A stretch of 39,698 bases of DNA, taken from the NCBI GenBank assembly GCA_037441385.1, contig JBBISH010000057.1:1-39698 (forward strand). Reading direction: 5' to 3'. A model generated the notes under the pieces. That model was not told the DNA's origin. It ran no database searches and saw nothing but the letters and a program-made list of their open reading frames with translations. The position numbers were made by a program, and so were the translations under genes. Each line of letters begins with the position of its first letter. Position 1 is the first letter of the stretch. Below, piece after piece: positions 34,194 through 39,698 of the stretch. The stretch comes from Myxococcales bacterium (lineage in GTDB: Bacteria > Myxococcota_A > UBA9042).

Positions 34194-37100
34194 ACCTCAG
34201 CCTGTTGGAAAGCAGCATCGGCAACCGCGAGCGGCTGGCCGGTGCCGAGGCGTGGCGTGCCGGCAAAGTGCAACGCATCGTTCGGCTTTCGGCCGACGAG
34301 CACCGCTACAACGCCTTGGTGGGCGAAGACCGCGAGCACCTCCAGACCGTGACTCTGGTGGTCGACGTGGGGGTCGAGGGCGCGGTCCTCGACTCGTGGG
34401 ATTGCCCCTGCGTGGACGGCGACACGACCTGTGCCCACGCCATGGCGGCGGGCCTGGCCCTGCAGCACCACCTAGAGACGATCGGCCGCAGTGAAGGGCG
34501 GTTGAACGGTCGGAGCGGCTGGCGGCAGGTACTGGGCGGGCCGGTTGCGGTCGAGAGTGCGGTTGGCACGCGAACCTCTTGGATTTGCTACGACTTGAGC
34601 CTGCATGCCAACGCCTCCGGCGAAGTGGCCGTGGGCGTAGTGCGTCGCAAGCGCTCGGTGACCGACCGCGGCAATCGCTCGATCGGTGCCACGTGTGGTT
34701 GGACGCCGGCGGCGGTGGGGCACTTTGGCTACCGCACCAAAGAAGACCCGGCCGAGAACCGCGACGACCTCATCCCCGTGCTGTGCTTGGTGAACCGCCA
34801 CGATCTGCGGGTGCGGACGATCCAGGCGGGCTTTATCGACACGTTCTTGCGCTTGTTCGTCGACGCCGAGCCCCAGACCCTGCGGGTCGATGGCGAAGAC
34901 GCCACGGTCGACGGCGTGCACCGCCCCGTGACGGTGCTCATCCAAGACACGTCGGGCGGCGGCATCGAAGTGCGCGCCCAGGTCCAGTCGTCGGCGCATG
35001 GCCGCTCGGGCGACGATTTTGTCTTGCTGCCGGGTCCGGTGCCGTGGCTCTACCTGCGTGGCGAACGGTGCTTTGTGCGGCCCGACACGCGCGCTTTGCC
35101 CGTGCTCAGCCTGTTGCGCTCGGGACCGGTGCAGCTGCCTCCGTCCGAAATCTCGGATTTCACGCGCGAAGTTCTGCCGATGCTGCGCAGTGAAGTGACG
35201 CTGATCGAGCGGACGACGGCGCTGCCGCAGGCCCGCATCGCCTCGGCCGTACCGGTCATCCGCGTGGGCGAGGTCGACGAGCAGTTGGTCGTGTCGCTGG
35301 TGTTCCACTACCGCGGCGACGACGCGGACTTGGCCCATCGCCGGCCGGGCGACATCGCGCACGAAACCATCGAATTCACGGCTGGCATCGGCGCCAAGGT
35401 GTTTGCCCGCGGCCACCACGGCGGCCATCCGCTTTTGTGGCAGCGCGACCACTCGTTGGAGCAGCGTTGGGCGACGCGTGTGGCGCGGGCCGTGGGGGCG
35501 GCGCTGCCGGCCAGCCTGCCTGTCGACGAAGCGCTTGATTTTCTTGTCGATCACCTGCCAGCGCTCGAGCGCGATGGCGCCGAGATCGTCGGTCACGAGG
35601 CCCTGACCCGGATTCGTCCCAGCCGCCACACCGTGGTGGCCCAGGCCAAAATCCGCAGCGGCGTGGATTGGTTTGGTGTGCGCGTCGACCTGCAGGCGGG
35701 CGACGTCCAGCTGGATCTGGGCGAGGTGATCAAAGCCTGGCGCACGGGTGCGCGCTATGTGCGGCTGACCGACGGCGAGATGGCCCGCTTGCCGGCAGCT
35801 TGGTTGCGGCGCCACGCGGCGGTATTGACTGACCTTCAAGAGCTTGCGCTGCCTGCCGGCGAAAATGGTGAGCTTCGAGTCGACAAGTTCCTGGCGCCCT
35901 CCCTCCTCGACTTGGCGCGCGAACACGGCGCGGGCGACGAGGGCTGGTTCGAATTCGCCACCCGCATCGAGGCCTTTGAAGGCATCGCCGAAGTGCCGTT
36001 GCCCAAGGCCTTTGTTGGCACACTCCGCGCCTACCAGCAGCGCGGCTACGAGTGGCTGTGCGCCTTGCGCTCGCTGGGCCTGCACGGCTGCCTGGCCGAC
36101 GACATGGGCTTGGGCAAGACCATCCAGACCCTGGCGCTGCTCTTGGGCGAGATCGAGGCGGGCAGGGCGACCGGCCCTTCGCTTGTGGTTGCGCCAACTT
36201 CCGTAGTGCAGAACTGGGCCGACGAGGCCGCCAAATTCGCGCCCACGCTGCGAGTGGCGGTGCTGCGCGGCGGACTGCGCGAAGATCGGGTCGAAAAGAT
36301 TCGCCGCATTGGCGAAGTCGACCTGGTCATTACCTCGTACGCGTTGTTGCGGCTAGACACCGAGCTGCTGTCACCCATCGAGTTCTATTACTGCATCTTG
36401 GACGAGGCGCAGGCGATCAAAAACGCCGGATCGCAGACGGCCCAAGCGGCGCGCGCGATCGTCGCCCACCATCGCCTGACCCTGACCGGCACGCCGCTGG
36501 AAAACAACTTGATGGAGTTGTGGAGCCAGTACACGTTCTTGATGCCTGGCTTCTTTGGCACGCGCGCCCGCTTCCTGCGCCGCTACGGCGTGGAGAAAGC
36601 CGGCGAATTGCAGCCCGAATTGCTCGACCAGCTGCGCCAACGTTTGCGGCCGTTCCTGCTGCGGCGCCTCAAGACCGACGTGCTGACCGAGCTGCCGCCG
36701 GTAACCGAGGTGACGCTGCGATGCACGCTGGGTTCGGCGCAGCGGCAGCTGTACGAAAAAGTGCGCAATACCTACCGCGCTCAGGTGCTGCAGCTGGTGG
36801 CGCAGTCGGGGATCGAGAAGAACGCCCTGACCGTTCTCGAAGCGCTGCTGCGCCTGCGCCAGGCCTGTTGCCACCCGGACTTGCTGCCCTTTGACGAGTC
36901 GCGCGCCGTCCACGAGTCGGCCAAGACCCAGCTGTTCCTGCAGACCGTGGACGAACTGCTGGCCGAGGGCCGGCGCGTGCTGGTGTTCTCGCAGTGGACG
37001 TCGATGCTGAAGATCCTGCGCAAGTCGTTGACCGAGATGGGCATCGACACGGCGTACCTGGACGGATCGACCCGCGATCGCGCCGCCGTGGTGGCCCGCG

Positions 37101-37486
37101 CTCAGGCCGAAGACGGTCCGCCGGTGTTCCTGGTGTCGCTCAAGGCCGGCGGCGTGGGTTTGAACCTGACCGCGGCCGACGTGGTCATCCACTACGATCC
37201 TTGGTGGAACCCCGCCGTGGAGCAGCAAGCCAGCGACCGTGTCCACCGCATCGGCCAGACCAAGCCCGTATTGGTGATTCGCCTCGCGGTCGAAGATTCG
37301 GTCGAGGACCACATCCTGGTGCTGCAAGAGCGCAAGCGCCGCCTGGCCAGTTCGGCGATCGAGGCCGAAGGCGACGGCGTCAAGCAGCTGAGCCGCGCCG
37401 ACCTGGAAGCGATTTTTGGCCAGGAAGGCGGCGCCACCCTGCGCGGCAATCCGGGCCTGCTGGGCATCGATCCAGAGGAAGAATAG
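34184..37486 (+). CDS. SWIM-zinc-finger SNF2-family helicase/ATPase
   Basis: SWIM CPC...CAH, LADDMGLGKT, LDEAQAIKN, LTGTPLEN, FSQW, SLKAGGVGLNLT, DPWWNP and QASDRVHRIGQ. Confidence 0.92.
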   Translation: MRLNLSLLESSIGNRERLAGAEAWRAGKVQRIVRLSADEHRYNALVGEDREHLQTVTLVVDVGVEGAVLDSWDCPCVDGDTTCAHAMAAGLALQHHLETIGRSEGRLNGRSGWRQVLGGPVAVESAVGTRTSWICYDLSLHANASGEVAVGVVRRKRSVTDRGNRSIGATCGWTPAAVGHFGYRTKEDPAENRDDLIPVLCLVNRHDLRVRTIQAGFIDTFLRLFVDAEPQTLRVDGEDATVDGVHRPVTVLIQDTSGGGIEVRAQVQSSAHGRSGDDFVLLPGPVPWLYLRGERCFVRPDTRALPVLSLLRSGPVQLPPSEISDFTREVLPMLRSEVTLIERTTALPQARIASAVPVIRVGEVDEQLVVSLVFHYRGDDADLAHRRPGDIAHETIEFTAGIGAKVFARGHHGGHPLLWQRDHSLEQRWATRVARAVGAALPASLPVDEALDFLVDHLPALERDGAEIVGHEALTRIRPSRHTVVAQAKIRSGVDWFGVRVDLQAGDVQLDLGEVIKAWRTGARYVRLTDGEMARLPAAWLRRHAAVLTDLQELALPAGENGELRVDKFLAPSLLDLAREHGAGDEGWFEFATRIEAFEGIAEVPLPKAFVGTLRAYQQRGYEWLCALRSLGLHGCLADDMGLGKTIQTLALLLGEIEAGRATGPSLVVAPTSVVQNWADEAAKFAPTLRVAVLRGGLREDRVEKIRRIGEVDLVITSYALLRLDTELLSPIEFYYCILDEAQAIKNAGSQTAQAARAIVAHHRLTLTGTPLENNLMELWSQYTFLMPGFFGTRARFLRRYGVEKAGELQPELLDQLRQRLRPFLLRRLKTDVLTELPPVTEVTLRCTLGSAQRQLYEKVRNTYRAQVLQLVAQSGIEKNALTVLEALLRLRQACCHPDLLPFDESRAVHESAKTQLFLQTVDELLAEGRRVLVFSQWTSMLKILRKSLTEMGIDTAYLDGSTRDRAAVVARAQAEDGPPVFLVSLKAGGVGLNLTAADVVIHYDPWWNPAVEQQASDRVHRIGQTKPVLVIRLAVEDSVEDHILVLQERKRRLASSAIEAEGDGVKQLSRADLEAIFGQEGGATLRGNPGLLGIDPEEE

Positions 37487-37513
37487 CCGGTATTCCTTTG
37501 GATTGTCAGGTGG

Positions 37514-38302
37514 TTATGCTGCCTGCCGCTGCCTTTCCAGCGCGAGCATCGCTGTCCCCAAGTGGAAGCGGATCTGCCGGCGCCACCACACCCATTCGTG
37601 CGACACGTCGTGGCCCCACAGGTCCAGCCAGTGCGGCACACCCACCTTGGCGAGTCCCTGCGCCAGATGCTTGGTTTCGGCCAGGCAGCGGCCCTCGTGC
37701 GCCCCTTGCCCGCACACCAGCGTCAAGTGGGTGTTCTGTTGGATGGCCCGCAGCGGGCGGCCATGCAAGTTCCAGACATAGCTCGACGGATCGGCGTAGT
37801 ACAGGTCGTCGTTGTACTGGCCGTCGGCGAAATAGCCCGCTTGATAGCGGCCCGACAGGCACACCGCCCGCTGGACGGCTTCGGGATGCTTCAGCGCCAA
37901 GCTTGCCGTGTACAGCGCGCCCACGCTGCAGCCCATGGCCGCCATGTGCGGACGGCCGGTCTCTTGACGGGCGCGGGGCACCAGCTCATTCACGATGAAT
38001 TGCTCGTAGTTGCGCAGCTGTTGCATCCGATCCGCCAGCGAGGACGTGGGGTGAATCCACACGGCCGCCGCATTCGACTCCGGGCAATACAGCCGCACCT
38101 TGCCTTGCAGCAGCCAGTCGCCCAGCGCGTCGATCACGCCGTGGTGATCCCATTCGTGGGCATAGCCGCCCGCGGTCGGAAAGGCGATCACGGGCTGGCC
38201 GCCGTGGCCGTAGGTCCACATATGGACGTTGTGACCCATGGCGGGGCTGTAGCGGAACTCGTGGCGAGCGTTGATGCGTGCAGAGAGCTGGGCACTGGGC
38301 AT
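37514..38302 (-). CDS. Putative esterase, alpha/beta hydrolase (same family as 24885-25625)
   Basis: YGHGGQPVIAFPT, GCSVG elbow, LSGRY and DLWGHDVSHEWVWW. Start uncertain. Confidence 0.85.
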   Translation of the reverse strand: MPSAQLSARINARHEFRYSPAMGHNVHMWTYGHGGQPVIAFPTAGGYAHEWDHHGVIDALGDWLLQGKVRLYCPESNAAAVWIHPTSSLADRMQQLRNYEQFIVNELVPRARQETGRPHMAAMGCSVGALYTASLALKHPEAVQRAVCLSGRYQAGYFADGQYNDDLYYADPSSYVWNLHGRPLRAIQQNTHLTLVCGQGAHEGRCLAETKHLAQGLAKVGVPHWLDLWGHDVSHEWVWWRRQIRFHLGTAMLALERQRQAA

Positions 38303-38492
38303 GCTGGTTCTTGGCTCCGTGGCAATGGGCGGCGGGCCGCGCTCGTTCAGCGTAACCGAGCCTGCGCCAAGACGCACCGCACCTTTTGCGCTGTGCTGCA
38401 ATTTTTTTCGGTCTGCCGCAGATCGCGCGCGCCAGCGGTGCGTCGCAGTCGTGGGAGACAGCCCGCAGCCGGGCGGCTCCGCGGAGGCTGCT

Positions 38493-39398
38493 ATGTTGAA
38501 GTCCTTGGTCTTTGCAAGTCTTTTGGCTGCAGCCGCCTGCGCTGCGCCGCAATCCGTGCAGGCGGGTGAGCGCGCCTCGGATGGCACGTACTCGGTCGAG
38601 TTGATTGGCGAATACGGTCAAACCCTGCGCTCGTTCGATTTCCGCGGGCGCACCTGGGTGATGGGGCGCGAGGGCGAGCGTTACCGCATCCGCGTCACCA
38701 ATCACACCGGCCGCCGGATCGAGGCCGTAGTCTCGGTCGACGGGCGCGACGCCATCGACGGCCGCCCCGGCCGCATCGAAAAGCCCGGCTACTTGGTCCA
38801 GCCTTGGGGCAGTGTCACGATCGACGGGTTCCGCGTGTCGATGCAAGATGTTGCGACCTTCCGCTTCTCGAGCGTACCCGATTCGTATGCCGCCCAGATG
38901 GGCAGCGCGCGCGACGTCGGCGTGGTTGGCGTGGCCGTGTTCCAAGAGCGCTATGTGCCGCCGCCGCCTGCCGAATACCGCCGGCGCGACTACGAGGACC
39001 GCTACGGTGCTCGCGACGAGGCTCAAAAGTCGGGTCCAGCCAAATCGGCAGGCGCCGGGGCCCCTTCCGCCGCGCCGCGCAGCGAGGCCAGCGGGGATCG
39101 CCGCGCACCCGAGCGTGCGGGGCTGGGCACGCAGTTTGGCGAACGCCGCAACGCGCCGGCCGTGCAGGTGGCCTTCGAACGCGCGCACCAAGGCCGTCCG
39201 GACGCCGTGCTGGCGCTGCGTTACAACGACCGCCAAGGCCTGGTTGCGATGGGCATCCAGGTCGATCCGCCGCGGCCGCAGCACCCCTGGCGCGACGAGC
39301 AGTATCGGCGCGAGACCGCCCGCCCGTTCCGCGACCTGCCGCGCAGCTTTGCCGAGCCGCCGCCCAACTGGGACGAGTGCCGGCCTTGCGACGAGTAG
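38493..39398 (+). CDS. Conserved hypothetical exported (lipo)protein
   Basis: GGAGG RBS, signal ending AAAC, and globular-looking GERYRIRVTN...VVSVDGRDAIDG...GYLV...IDGFR...FRFSSV.DSYA...VGVVGVAVF...LGTQFGE. Confidence 0.75.
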   Translation: MLKSLVFASLLAAAACAAPQSVQAGERASDGTYSVELIGEYGQTLRSFDFRGRTWVMGREGERYRIRVTNHTGRRIEAVVSVDGRDAIDGRPGRIEKPGYLVQPWGSVTIDGFRVSMQDVATFRFSSVPDSYAAQMGSARDVGVVGVAVFQERYVPPPPAEYRRRDYEDRYGARDEAQKSGPAKSAGAGAPSAAPRSEASGDRRAPERAGLGTQFGERRNAPAVQVAFERAHQGRPDAVLALRYNDRQGLVAMGIQVDPPRPQHPWRDEQYRRETARPFRDLPRSFAEPPPNWDECRPCDE

Positions 39399-39413
39399 GG
39401 TGCTGATTTTGCC

Positions 39414-39698
39414 CGATTATGCCCGATAGTTCGGCGCGGCCTTCACGCCCACCAGGTCGTGTACATGGCTCCAGCCACGCCAACCCCACACCCCGGCGCT
39501 GCCGCGCCACCCCTCTCCCCGACGAGCCGGTGAGAGGGGTATCTAGTTCAGATTCTCGGCGATTATGCCCGATAGTTCGGCGCGGCCTTCACGCCCACCA
39601 AGTCGTGTACATGGCTCCAGCCACGCCAACCCCACACCCCGGCGCTGCCGCGCCACCCCTCTCCCCGACGAGCCGGTGAGAGGGGTATCTAGTCAGAT
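39414..39698. repeat. 146-bp tandem duplication containing a REP-like hairpin, truncated by the window edge
   Basis: Unit 39414-39559 repeats from 39560 with one substitution and one 1-nt deletion. Each unit has an ACCCCTCTC...GAGAGGGGT stem (39509-39540; 39655-39686). Confidence 0.85.

Noticed and set aside
33000..37486. SNF2 helicase as an anti-phage defence system
   Set aside because: It is the common SWIM-SNF2 type coupled to housekeeping truD, with no methylase or nuclease partners.
39414..39698. CRISPR array
   Set aside because: Whole units are duplicated; there are no short repeats separated by unique spacers and no cas genes.

Overview
High-GC bacterial chromosomal window, most likely Myxococcota-like (inferred from a MYXO-CTERM-like sorting tail, Cys-rich lipoproteins and a Myxococcus-type LexA box). 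It is densely coding, with about 30 CDS, and I see no rRNA, tRNA, CRISPR array or intact transposase. In order: a partial FG-GAP/ASPIC protein; an orphan HxsB radical SAM/SPASM maturase abutting an RlmN-type methyltransferase; amidase; dCMP deaminase; AmpG; an Rrf2 regulator / MORN-variant protein / porin run; a 77-aa Cys-rich ORF; a four-gene envelope redox operon (Tat Rieske lipoprotein, CxxCH beta-barrel, YceI, small membrane protein); penicillin-acylase lipoprotein; a DASS transporter with degenerate SNT motifs; a small membrane protein behind a LexA-like operator; Cys-rich lipoprotein; OM barrel; an ATP-grasp/esterase/ATP-grasp operon (second esterase 12 kb away); FGE-domain lipoprotein; GH15-like MYXO-CTERM protein; HDAC; GbsR/MarR regulator; TruD; SWIM-SNF2; and a conserved hypothetical protein. 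Non-coding structure includes two copies of a 138-bp structured repeat, a hairpin with a G-quadruplex motif in its loop upstream of hxsB, and a 146-bp tandem repeat at the right edge. Best leads for undescribed biology: the Rieske/heme-barrel/YceI operon, the putative SOS-controlled small membrane protein, the precursor-less HxsB-RlmN pair, and the ATP-grasp/esterase system. All family calls come from motif recognition by eye; no database searches were run.
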